DNA of 64,000 bases from Chiloscyllium plagiosum (lineage: Eukaryota), in NCBI RefSeq assembly GCF_004010195.1, contig NC_057749.1, positions 8,449,423 to 8,513,422 on the forward strand. Reading direction: 5' to 3'. Positions 50,575 to 63,000 of this stretch are shown here, one piece after another. Numbering within the stretch: the first letter of the stretch is position 1; every line of letters begins with the position of its first letter. A program made the position numbers and the translations under genes. The notes under the pieces were generated by a model. It ran no database searches, was not told the DNA's origin, and worked only from the letters and a program-made list of their open reading frames with translations.

Positions 50575-51325
50575 ACCTTGTCCCAAATCTCTCAAAATAA
50601 ACTCTCACCCTGTCCCAAATCTCTCAAAATAAACTGAAATTGTCCCAAACTCTCAAAATAAACTGAAATTGTCCCAAATCTCTCAAAATAAACTCTTACC
50701 CTGTCCCTAAACTCTCAAAATAAACTTTCATTCTGTCCCTAAACTCTCAAAATAAACTCTCACCCTGTCCCAAATCTCTCAAAATAAACTCTCATCCTGT
50801 CCCTAAACTCTCACCCTGTCCCAAATCTCTCAAACTAAACTCTCATCCTGTCCCTAAACTCTTAAAATAAACTTTCATCTCATCCAAATAATCTCCCAAA
50901 ATAAACTCTCACCTTGACCCAAACTCGCAAAATAAACTCAAACTGTCCCAAATTCTCACAGACAAATCTCTCAAAATAAACTTTCACCTTATCCCAAATC
51001 CTCAAAATAAACTCCCAAACACTCACAGAAAAATCTCTCAAACTCTCAAAATAAACTCTCAACTTGTCCCAGTCTCTCAAAGTTAACTCTCAAACTGTCC
51101 CAAACTCTCAGGAAAGAAACTCAAAATAACTCCAAATCACAGAACACACAAAAAGAAAGCTCAGACACTGTCCCGTCTCTCAAACTCTCAAAATAAACTC
51201 TCAACTTGTCCCAGTCTCTCAAAGTTAACTCTCAAACTGTCCCAAACTCTCAGGAAAGAAACTCAAAATAACTCCAAAACTATCACAGAACACACAAAAA
51301 GAAAGCTCAGACACTGTCCCGTCTC
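50575..51325. repeat. Minisatellite (~29-32 bp unit TGTCCCAAATCTCTCAAAATAAACTCTCACCC) ending in a ~142 bp tandem duplication
   Basis: About 15 recurrences of the CAAAATAAACT core. 51039-51179 is repeated at 51181-51324. Confidence 0.9.
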
Positions 51326-51719
51326 AACCTGACAAAACAATCAACTATTATACTCTCCCTGTCTCTGCAAATTCCTCAGTCACTCCACAGAATCTCCTTA
51401 TAAATTACAGCACCCTGTCCAGTAGTTTAACCTCATCTGAAGATGCAAAAGTCAGTTTATTTGATTATTTTTATTGCAAATTTTGGTTTTTACAATACTT
51501 ACTGTAACTCATAATTTATAATGGAATAAAACATAATACAAGAAATAATTTCTACAATGTAAGAAATAATAGGACAGACAGTTACCCAGACATTTGAGTC
51601 TGGTGTGCTTACATTGTTTTAACAGTATTTGACAACCTCAAATTAAGGATAGCTGGTCACCCTGCATCTTTGTCCCACCCTGAACACAGCACGCACAATA
51701 TCTTTATTTAATTTTGTTA

Positions 51720-52540
51720 CAGCCAATGGGCTGAGGAGTGTTAGATGGAGTTTAATTTAGATAAATGCGAGATGATGCATTTTGGGAAATCAAATCTTAG
51801 CAGGACTTTTACACTTAATGGTAAGATCCCAGGGAATGTTGCTGAACAAAGAGACCTTGGATGCAAGTTCATAGCTCCTTGAAAGTGGAGTCGCAGGTAA
51901 ATAGGATAGTGAAGAAGGCGTTTGGTATGCTTTCCTTTATTGTTTTGAGTACGGAGTTGGGAGGACATGTTGTGGTTGTACAGGACATTGGTTAGGCCAA
52001 TTGTTGGAATATTGCATGCAATTCTGGTCTCCTTCCTATTGGAAGGATGTTGTGAAACTTTAAAGATGGAGAACAGATTTACAAGGATGTTGCCAGGGTT
52101 AGAGGATTTGAGCTATAGGAAATAGGCTGAGGCTGTTTTCCCTGGAGCATTGGAGGCTGAGGGGTGACCTTATTGAAGTTTATAAAATTATGAGGGGCAT
52201 GATAGGGTAAATAGACAAGGTCTTTATCCTGGAGTGGGGGAGTCCAGAACTAGAGGGCATAGATCTAGTGTGAGTGGGGCAAAATATAAAAGAGACTTAA
52301 GGGGCAACCTTTTCATGCAGAGGGTGGTGTGTGTTTGGAATGGGCTGCCAGAGGAAGTGGTGAAGGCTGGTACAATTGCAACACTTAAAAGGCATCTGGA
52401 TGGGTATACGAAAAGAAAGGGTTTGAAGGGATATGGGTCAGGTGCTGGCAGGTGGGACTAGATTGGGTTGGGATATCTGGTCGATATCATGAACGAGTTG
52501 GACCGAAGGGCCTGTTTCTATGCTGTACATCTCTACACTT
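51720..52540 (+). mobile_element. CR1 3' part (same subfamily as 4986-6675)
   Basis: Closely similar to 5870-6665. Confidence 0.93.
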
Positions 52541-52589
52541 TACAAAATGTTTCCCTACTGTGAAATTAGATCACAAGGCAAAATAGTTG

Positions 52590-53080
52590 GGTGGCATGGT
52601 GGCTTAGTGGTTAGCACTGCTGCCTCACAGCACCAGGGAACCAGTTCAATTCCTGCCTCAGGCGACTGTCTGTGTGGAGTTTGTATGTTCTCCCCATGTC
52701 TACGTGGGTTATCTCTGGGTGCTCCGGTTTCCTCCCACAGTCCAAAGATGTGCAGGTCAGGTGAATTGACCACAGTAAATTGCTCATAGTGTTATGTGCA
52801 TGAGTCAGAGGGAAATGGGTTTGGGTGGGTTACGCTTTGGAGGGTCGGTGTGGACTGGTTGGGCCAAAGGGCCTGTTTCCTCACTGTAGGGAATCTAATC
52901 TAATCCAAAAATGTGCAGGTCAAATGAATTGTCCATGCTAAATTGACCATAGCATTAGGTGCCTTAGTCAGGGGTAAATATATGAAAGGGGGATGGGTCT
53001 GAGTAGGTTAGTCTTCAGAGGGTCGGTGTGGACGTATTGGGCCAAATAGCCTGTTTCCATACTGTAGGGAATCTAATCTA
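52590..53080 (+). mobile_element. HE1-type SINE followed by a second 3'-half copy in tandem
   Basis: Full copy to ~52902, then the sequence restarts at tccaaa.atgtgcagg. Confidence 0.88.
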
Positions 53081-53949
53081 TAATTGATTTTCCCAATACT
53101 TAGAAATTCCACATTTTGAATGCAATGCTGAGATTTTGTAAAAACAAATTCATATCAAAGTCTTATGTACAAACTATAATTGGGCATAATAGTCATAGAT
53201 AAGTATAAGGTCATGGAGTGCCTGACCTGGTGAAAAGACAGAATTTTAAGATCAATGCACCAATAAATCAAACTCTTGATTAGCAAGAGGCTGAATGGTT
53301 ACCAGTTGAAGACAGGAATGTAGATCTGATGTTATAATCAGAACAGCCATGTTCTTATTAAATGGCAGAGTGAGAGGCTGAATGGCCTTCATCTGCTACT
53401 ATAATTATGATGTAGGGTATCAATGTTCCCAGTTGTCAACCCTCAGAATTTAAAGTTATAAATATGCAGGAGTCCAGAAAAATAATACTCCCAGTCACTA
53501 TTTCAGCGTGGACGTTTTTGAGAAATTATGGAACCGAGTCCCCCATCACCAGATTTTGTCCATAGTTTTCCTTACTGCATATGTCCCAATTCTCAGTTTT
53601 TTCCTCTCTACCTGGGAAGAATATTTCAGATGTTAGGAAAAATTCAGTCAAATTAATTCTGCATTTAGCAACAAAACACCATGAAATTACAATGGACAAG
53701 GTCACGTTGGGTTTATGTGGTTGAACAGCAAAGAATGAGAATGTGATCCATCCTGTCAAGCTCCCGAAAGGATCCAACATTCAGTGAGTCAACATTGGCT
53801 GCTATCATGCGCCCCTCAGTGGCCAGTTGAGGAACAGCTCCAGCAGAGATCTGGATATGTGCAAGTGGACCATCTAGTGAAGAGAAATGGGAGGAAAAAT
53901 ACACTTTATCCTAAACTCAAAGCAGATAAAAGAAGATATTTTCTCCTGG

Positions 53950-54208
53950 TGGAATCTGCACACCATTCCCTTGTTTGTGTGGGTTTCCACCAGATGCTCT
54001 GATTTCCTCACACAATCCAAAGATGTGTGAGTTAGGGTGGATTGGCCACGCTAAATTACCCATAGCGTCCAGGGATGTGTAGGTTAGTTTGGTCGGCCAC
54101 ATTAATTGTGGGGGCTGGGTCTCAGGGTGACACTTTTCAGAAGGTTGGTGCAGACTTGAGGGACGTAATGGCCTCTTTCCGCACTGTAGGGATTCTATTC
54201 TGTGATTC
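53950..54208 (+). mobile_element. Diverged HE1-type SINE (5' truncated)
   Basis: tccaaagatgtg..gttagggtggattggccacgctaaatt core. Confidence 0.75.
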
Positions 54209-57200
54209 TATAAATGCAAAGCTATTTAACTGTACTATGCATAAGGCAGATTTTATTTTAATAAACCTGTTTCAGATATGCTGTTCCCCTAATCCAGAGG
54301 TAGGGGACTCTACCATTGCACCAAAAGAGTTTCCCCACTTTGAACACACAAAGTAATATCATGTAATTGCCATTGAGATTGTTCATCCCCAGTTCAGACT
54401 TCAAGCTGCATGCTTGCACATAAGGCTGCTCCATGCAAACACCACTCAAATGAAAATGCAAATGGGATTTGGACCTTGCTTTCCCTAATTGTCACTCAGC
54501 AGGGCTGGTGTTTGTTTCAGGTGTAATGGCCTCAGATTGTTCTGTTGCTAATTGCACCTCGGCCAATTCAGGTGAAGTGCACAGTGCCCCAGCCGAGTAA
54601 TCAGCTTCCCACAGAAAGAAATTGGAGAATTCTGCTCAAAGTCAGACCTAGTTTCCCAATCACTGATTGCACTCTCGATCTATGTTGTGCAAGGTACAGT
54701 GTATGTGAGGTATAAAAATGTTTTATTTTGGGCTCAAAGATGCACAAGTATATGTATAGATGAATACTTGCACAGTGTGCCCAGGGTGTCCTTCATAATA
54801 TTGAGGCACCGTGACTAGGAACGGCAAACAATCACTTTACAAAGTCTGCACAAAACCCACGACTGTACATTCTCTGGCACTCTCTCAATATATCTTTTAT
54901 ACTTTGCTCTGTCTTTTATTTTTAACTTTGTTTTCTTAAAAGTGAACTTTCACTAAGGCTCCTGAGACAGCACCTTCCAAAGCCACATCCATTTCCATCT
55001 AGAAGGACAAGGGCAACGGATATATGGGAACACCGACCCTCCCCCACGTGTTCCCCTGCAAGCCACTCATCATTCCAATTTGGAAATATATCACCATTGT
55101 CTCACTGTCGGTGAGTAAAAGTCCTGGAACACACGTCCTAATGGCATTGTGGGTCCATCTATCCCAAATGGACAGCAGCAGTTCAAGAAGGTATCTACAC
55201 AGCATAAGTCAGGTGTATGATGGAATATTCCCCACTTGCCTGGTTGGGTGTAGCTCGAACAACACTCAAGAAGTTTGACACCATCCAGGACAAAGCGGCC
55301 TGCTTGATTTGTACTCTAACCACCACTTTCAGCATTCATTCCATGCACCATCAATGCTGAATAGCAGCAGTGTGTATCATTTACAAGATGCACTGTAATA
55401 ATGCACCATGTCCCTCTGAGGACACTTTCCAAACCTATGACTACTTCCATCTCGAAGGAAAAGGGTAGCAGATACATAGGAATACCATGAGCTCCAAGCC
55501 ACTCACCATCCTGACTTGGAAATATATCACCATTCCTTCACTGTCACTGGGTCAAAATCTTGGAAATCCATCCCTATGACTGTCCCTATATCCCCAAGGA
55601 CTGCTGTAGTTCTAGATGGATCACCACCACATTTTTCAGGACAATTAGAGTCAGTATTGCCCACATTCCATAAACAAATAAAGATAAAATGATTATCTTC
55701 TGTTTATGACTCCTCGTTCTGGACTGCCCACAAATGGAGACATTTTCTCCAGGCCTAGCCTAATGAACCCTTTCAATCGTACTAAGGACATGAACCTTGC
55801 TGAAAACAGACAGGATGTTGAGCTTGTCTGTCTTGCACACAGAAAGATAAACACACACATGCTAGATTGCAAATGTCCGGATGAATGTGAAACAAAAGTC
55901 TTCAAAAATAGGTCTCTCTCTTCAATAATATTCACGTTTGTACAATCGTGTGATGGATTCTGAAGATGTCTACTGATTATGTGGTGAACCTTGTACTGAT
56001 GTGCAACGGAAACCAATGTGCCACCATAGCACGTCTGCAACATTGAGTGACGACAGGAATTTGAGTGCCCTGTTGGGTATAACACTATTATGGAGTGGGT
56101 AAACAATCAAGCTTCAGTGATTCAATTGCATTAATTACAATAATCCTGTTTTATTTAATTGCAGCAAACTTTGTTTTAACTGGCACCTTATGAACTGTCA
56201 CTCTTTGATTAAAATACATTCTGGAATTAAGAATCTAATGATGACCATGAATCTATTATAGTCGATTGTCAGGAAAAACCCATCTGGTTCATTAACTTCC
56301 TTTAGGGAAGGTAACAGCCATCCTTACCCAATCTGGCCTACACGTGACTCCAGAGCCACACCTCTGTGCAGTTAGGGATGGGCAATAAATGCTGGCCTAG
56401 CCAGCGATGCCCTCATCCCATGAATAAATAAAAAAAAGCAAAACTCATGTACCTCAAATACTGTGATGTTTACTGTATTATCCTACGCAATTATTATAGT
56501 TTTTAATTTATTTACCTCAGTGTAAATGTACTTGTTGTTCAACTGCATGGTCACACGAAATATCAACAGTTGATTTAATTTTGAGTCAATTTCTCATCAA
56601 ATACCGTAATCTATTGCGATGTCCGAGTTGTTAGTTGAGGTTGTGAGTGAGAAGACTCTCTGCCGGTAAGTTTAATTTCAGGCAAAGTTATCATAAGTCT
56701 GATAACAGTGGGGAAGAAGCTGTTCTTAAATGTGTTGGTATGTTTTGTAACCTTCAAACTCCTACTGGGATTCAAACCCACGTCCCTAAAGCATTAGTCT
56801 GTTGATCTGGATAATTAGGGATGTGACAGCCAAGTGGTATGAAAGACTTATTTAAGTGATTTAGCTGTAAATGAAGTATAACAGTGATGTGTATATGCCG
56901 TGCATTGTGTTTCTATTACTTAGTATGTGTTTTACATTGATTATGCGGACCTCTTGATTATCCAGAATATTTGATCAATTGGTACATTCCTGGTCCCACA
57001 GGTGCTGGATATTAAAAAAAGTTTAGATTAGATTAGATTAGATTACCTACAGTGTGGAAACAGGCCCTTCGGCCCAAAAAGTTACACCAACCCACCGAAG
57101 AGAAACCCACCCCCCTATATTTACCCCTGACTAATCCACTGTGATTGATTTTTAAAATACAATGGGATATTAGAAATAAACTTCCCTGAAGCTACTGCAT

Positions 57201-57276
57201 CCTTAATTGGAGGGGTGAAAGCAGAATTTGATTGACATGCCCATTACATCCTGACTGATCCTATCCCATGTGATAG

Positions 57277-57625
57277 GGCGGCACAGTCGCTCAGTGGTTA
57301 GCATTGCTGCCTCACAGCACTAGGGATCCGCGTTTGATTCCATCCTCGTGTGACTGTCTGTGCGGAGTTTGTACATTCTCCCCGTGTCTGCGTGGGTTTC
57401 CTCCGGGTGCTCCGGTTTCCTCCCACAGTCCAAAGATGTGCAGGTTAGCTGGATTGGCCATGCTGAACTGCCCAGTCTTGTGGGATGTGCAGTCCAGAGT
57501 AGATCATCTATGGGAAATACAAGGTTAAAGGGATGGGGGTAAGTCTGGGAGGGATGCTCTTCGGAGAGTTGCTGTGGACGTGATGGACTGAATGGCCTGC
57601 TTCCACACTGTAGTGATCCTATGAT
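57277..57625 (+). mobile_element. HE1-type SINE (a minus-strand 3' tail fragment lies at ~57025-57135)
   Basis: GGGCGGCACAGTCGCTCAGTGGTTAGC head, core and tail. Confidence 0.9.
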
Positions 57626-59049
57626 AGGCCTTTGCTCCTGTTTAGTTCCTAATGCAGTTTAAAACTTGTGATGATAGTTCTTACAGAATCCCTCAATGGA
57701 GCCCTGAAGCATTGATGCCACAAGTAGAAGTCCTTGACTTTTCTCTAGCTGATGGTGGATGTGATCCTTTCTTTGGTGTTCATTAAAATGAAGGGGAGGG
57801 TCACTGACTGGGGATTGGTGGGGTCACCAGCAGATTGATATTCCTTTGGAAACAACAATCAGATAAAATGATGCACACTCAACAATGGTACCGCACGGAG
57901 ATTCTCAATTCAATAGATAAATCAGAATCTCACTTCTGAAAAGGTCTTTCCTATACCCTTCAGAAGGGTAATTATGGTAATTCTGCTAGACTAGTTTTTT
58001 TTTAATTCATGTATTGGATGTGAGTATGGCTGGTCAGGCCCACATTTATTGCCCATCCTCAAGAGTCAGCCACATTGTTGGTGGGTCTACAGTTACACGT
58101 AGACTAGACCAGGTGAGGATGGCAATTTCCTTCCCCAATGTCCCAGATGAGTTTCTCCTGACAATGGATTCATGGTCATCAGATGTTTATTGAATTCAAA
58201 TGCCACATCAGCCAGGGCAGGATTTGAACCCAGGTTCCCAGAACATTACTTGGGTCTCTGGATTAACGTTCCACCGACAATACCACTTAGCTGTCACATC
58301 CCCTAGTAATCCAGATCAACAGACTAATGCTTTAGGGGCATAAGTTCGAATCCCAGTAGGATATTGAAGGTTTGAAAACATGTACCAACACATTCAAGAA
58401 CAGCTTCTTCCCCACTGTTATCAGACTTATGAACAGATCTGTCATATATTAAAGTTAATCTTTCTTTTCACCTTCTCTGTAGCTGTCACACTGTATTCTG
58501 TATTCTGTTCTATTACCCTGATGTACTTTTTTAAGATATGGTTTGTCTGGTTAGCACAGAAAACAATACTTTTCACTGTAACTTGGTTCATGTGACAATA
58601 ATAAATCAAACCAAATCAAAGTATAACAGGTGAATTTAAATTTAATCAATAAATCCAGAATCTAAAGCTTGTCTCAGCAACACTAACCATAAAAATATTG
58701 TCAATTGCCTTGAAATTCTATATGTTTTACTTACATCCTTAAGGGAAGAAAATCTATTGCTGTAACCTGATCTGACCTAAATGTGACTCTTACCTGCTTC
58801 TGAAGTGGTCCAGCAAGCCACTCATTTTAAGCAAGTAGAGATAATGCAACAAATGCTGGCATTGTCAGGAATATTTACACACATAGAACGATGAATTTAA
58901 AAGGGACAGCATTCCCAACTACGTTTAAACTTGCTCTCCATATCCAAGCTCACAGCTAATCATTAAGTTCATATTAACAGAAAAAGACAGGGTAGATAAA
59001 CAATTTCCATTGGTTGGCAATTCTAGAACTACGGGCATAGTCTGAGCAT

Positions 59050-60024
59050 TATTTGATTTGCTTTATTGTTGTCATATGTACCGAAATACAGTGAAAAGTG
59101 TTGTTTTGCGTTCTCTACAGGTAGAGTGTATCATACAAAGTGCATCAGGGTAGCAGTTCAGAATGCAGAATACAGAGGAACCTCAATTATCCGACATTTG
59201 ATTATCCGAATTTCGGATTATCCAGCAAGATCACAAGGTCCTGTTGCTTTGCTAAGCTATGTTATCCAGCATTCGATTATCCAGAATTCGATTAACTGAA
59301 CAAAATAATCCCCGCCCATGTCCTTCAGATAATCGAGGTTCCTCTGTACTGTGTTACAGCTGCAGATAAGGTGCAGAGAGCCAGACCAACATTAATATTG
59401 GAAAGGTCTATTCACAGTTTGATAACAGCAGGGAGGAAGTTGTTCTTGAATCTGTTCATACGTGTATTCAAACATTTATACCTTCTGCCCAACAGAAGAC
59501 GATGGAAGAGAGTATCACCAAGGTGAGAGAGGTCTTTCATTATGTTGGCTGTTTTTTACCAAGTTAGCAGGAAGTACAGATGGAGTCAATGAATAGAAGG
59601 CTGGTTTGCATGATGTTCACAACTCTCTGTAGCTTCTTGTGGTCTTGGGAAGAGCAGTTGCCGTACCATGCTGTGATGCTTACAGATAGGATGCTTTCTA
59701 TGGTGCATCTATAAAAATTGGTGAGAGTCGTTGTGGACATGCTGAATTTCCTTAGCCTTCTGAGGAAGTAGAGATGTTGTTGTGCTTTCTTGACCGTCAC
59801 ATTGACATGAGTGAACCAGGAGAGATTGTTGGTGATCATTGATACAGACAGGGGCGTGCCCTCCAATCCACATCCTGAAGCCAATGACCAACTCCTTCCA
59901 TTTTGCTGATGTTGATGGAGAGATGGTTATCTTTACACCATGCCACTAAGCACTCTATCTCATTTCTGTATTCTGATTGTTTGAGATCTAACCTACAATG
60001 TTGGCATCATTGGCAAACTTGTGA
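59050..60024 (-). mobile_element. Rex1/Babar-clade LINE 3' part (a plus-strand 3' relic lies at ~58380-58620)
   Basis: NLSW..H....VKKAQQHLYFLRRLRKF.M....LTNFYRCTIESILS..ITAWYGNCS is diagnostic of Rex1/Babar. Confidence 0.9.
59173..59346. mobile_element. MITE of Tc1/mariner-pogo type
   Basis: TIRs CAGAGGAACCTC.ATTATC.GA / TC.GATAATCGAGGTTCCTCTG with a TA duplication (59171-72, 59347-48), inserted in Rex1. Confidence 0.9.
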
Positions 60025-63000
60025 ATGGGTGTACCTGGAACATCAAGGGGAGTCACTCACCAATTAAGAGGAAGAAGGTGCTTTCGGAGTCTTAGAAAGG
60101 CAAAGGTGGACATTGCTTTGTTACAGGAGACACACTTGGATGATGGGGAGCATTTGAAACAACAGCAGAATGGCTTTGATGGGGTTTACTTTTCATCTTT
60201 TAATACCAGAAGTAGGGGAGTAGCTATATTGGTTAGGAGGAATCTCCCATTTAAGTTACTAGAGTGTGTTAAAGGCACACATGGTAGGTTTGTAATTCTC
60301 AAAGCTCTGATAAATGGGGAAGAATATGGTGTTTTAAATGTTTATTGCCCTCTGGTCCATCCCCTCAAATTTCTGGTAGATGTGGTCTCTATGTTGATAA
60401 GTCTCGAGTCCCAGCATATCATTACAGGAGAAGATTTTAATTGTCTCATGGAACCCATAGTAGACAGGTTGCCCAAAGGACCGCCCCCCCCCCCCCCTCA
60501 ATACTCTCTGTATAAACTAAACAATTAGTAGATCTGTGTGTGGAGTTAGGGTTGGGGGACGTTTGGAGGCATCTCCATCCTATAGGCAGGGATTTTACAT
60601 TTTTTTTCCAATCCGCACAGATGTCACACTAGGATTGATTTTTATTTTCTGACTCCCGTGGCAACCCTGAACTTGGTGGCATCTTGTACGATTGGTAATA
60701 TTACCATCTCTGATCATGCTCCAGTGTACCTGTTGGCTAAGATTAGGGATGTTACAGAGGGTCCGAGGCACTGGCGAATGGATCCCTTTATCCTTAAGGA
60801 TAATAAGTTTGTGGAGTATTTCTCTAGGGAATTTTGGGCGTTCCTGGACATTAACTCAGGCTTGGTTAGTAGCCCGTCCATCCTTTGGGAAACTGCCAAG
60901 GCCTATGCCAGGGGGTTAGTTATTTCCTACTCTGCCAGTAAGGAGCGGCAGAAGGGCGAGCAGCAACGTCTCCTCGAAGCAAGGTTGAAGGCAGCCGAGA
61001 AGGCTTACTGTTGAGGATAGGAAAGAATTATGCAGTGGGTAACTCACTCGTAGTGGTCTAATCTAAAGGAAAATGAATCACGCCACACAAACCTTGCGTT
61101 ATTGACTGTTTATTTGGGGAGAGACAAGTCGACCTAATGGTCACAAGTCACTCCAATGAGATACAGAGAGTTGCGTGATTATATAGGTTACAATCATTTA
61201 ACAATTAGCAAACTGTTAATTGCAGTATAATGAGTAAATGGGCACTTTAGTCAGTCACTAGCTTCAGTCACATAGTATCTGGACAGTGCTGGTTAGTAGC
61301 TGATAAGCAAGTGTTAGTATACAATTGATTCTTTTAAAAGAAGAACATTCCCATGCTGGGAAAGAGTTCACTATCAGGTCCTAGTTCAGCTGCAAGGCCA
61401 ACCACCTGACTCAGCCTGAGAACGTACAAACTTAACAAGCACACACTAATATAAGATTTAAAATGGATTCCAGGCTTTTAATTTGTGGCAAGATGGCTGC
61501 TTTGGTTATAATGAATCTCCCACACTTACTTTGACAGGCCCTCATTTATCAAGCTACAGAGGACTACGGCGCTGCAGTCTGCATTGAATTCCGTGCTCAT
61601 GCACACAGCAAGGAAGGAGCTTACTTTCACAAAGCAAAGGTTATGTGAGCATGGTGACAAGCCAGGCAAGTACCTAGCATATCTCACATAACGTCCCTCA
61701 AGCCATAATGTCAATTAGGGAAGGGTCTGGGAACCTAACATGTGATTCCAAAAGATTAATGTAGCATTCCAGAAATTTTACTCTAAGTTATACCAATGTG
61801 AGGGTTGTGAGGAGGGGTGGAATCCTTTTTCAAGGCGTGACCTCCAAACAAGAGTCTTTTCTCAATGCCCCCTTACCAGAGCAAGAGGTGCAGGAGGCTG
61901 TGAAGCAGCTTCAGAGTGGAAAGGCGCCCGGTTCTGATGGACTTCCCAGTGAATTCTATAAAGAATTTATAAACATATTGTCAGGCCCGATGCTCAGCAT
62001 GTTCAATGACTCATACAGACATGATCGTCTCCCACCATCTCTGAGAGAGGCCAATATTTCGCTTATTCTTAAAAAAGGGAAGGTTCCGGAGGACTGTGAT
62101 TCGTACAGGCCCATTTCACTCTTAAATGGGGATTTTAAAATCCTCTCTAAGACTATCGCGTTAAGGCTGGAGACTGTGTTACCTTCTATTGTTAAAGAGG
62201 ACCAGACAGGCTTCATAAGGGGCCGCAGATCCTCCAACAATGTTAGGAGGCTGCTTAATGTAATTCAAGCGTGTCAACAACAGTTAGTACAGGGATCGGT
62301 GATTTCTCTAGATGCAGAGAAGGCATTTGACCGAGTTTAGCGGCCATACCTTTTTTCTTCCTCTGGAGCATTTTGGCTTGGGCAAAGCCTTTATAAGATG
62401 GATAAATGTTCTCTACAGTGACCCTCTCACTGCGGCCATCAACAATGGGGTACGATCAAGTAATTTTAACATTTTTAGGGGCAGCCACTGCTTTTTACGT
62501 TAAGTGATTGAACCATTGGCAAAGGCCATTCATAGGGATCCTAATATATCGGCTCCAGAGGCGGGGTCAAAATTTACATAAGGTTTTGTTGTACGTGGAT
62601 GATGTCCTCATTTTTTTTTGTCAACTCCAGCAGTTTCAGTGCCTCACCTGATACACTCCTTTGGCACCTTGTTGGGGTACAAGATTAATTTTGCAAAATC
62701 AGAGTTTATGCCTATGGGTAGTTTTACGAAGATGATAGGTCTTGAGGGCAAATATTGATTCCCATTTAAGTGGTCACGGAGTTGGGGATTAGGTTTTATA
62801 TATTTGGGCATATTCATCACCCCAGTTCTTGATCGGTTGTTCAAAGCTAATGTTGTTCAATTGGTCGACAAAATCAAACAAGACCATCAAAGAGGGAGCT
62901 GCTTCATAGTTAGATCAGATAGCGTTTGTGAAGATGAGTATTCTCCCCCGTTTGTTGTACCCCTGTACGGATGATCCCCCTGATTTTCGATAAGCAAACG

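Noticed and set aside
50161..50637. 158 aa plus-strand ORF with a signal-peptide-like hydrophobic run
   Set aside because: Antisense reading of FAM219B exon 1 and CT-rich low-complexity sequence. It starts inside a SINE tail and has no recognisable homology.
50575..51100. Regularly spaced ~30 bp repeats resembling a CRISPR array
   Set aside because: Units are contiguous with no unique spacers, there are no cas genes, and the context is vertebrate. It is a minisatellite.
55693..56106. 137 aa minus-strand ORF in unique-looking sequence
   Set aside because: No recognisable domain or convincing splice sites, and one end runs into a CR1 fragment.
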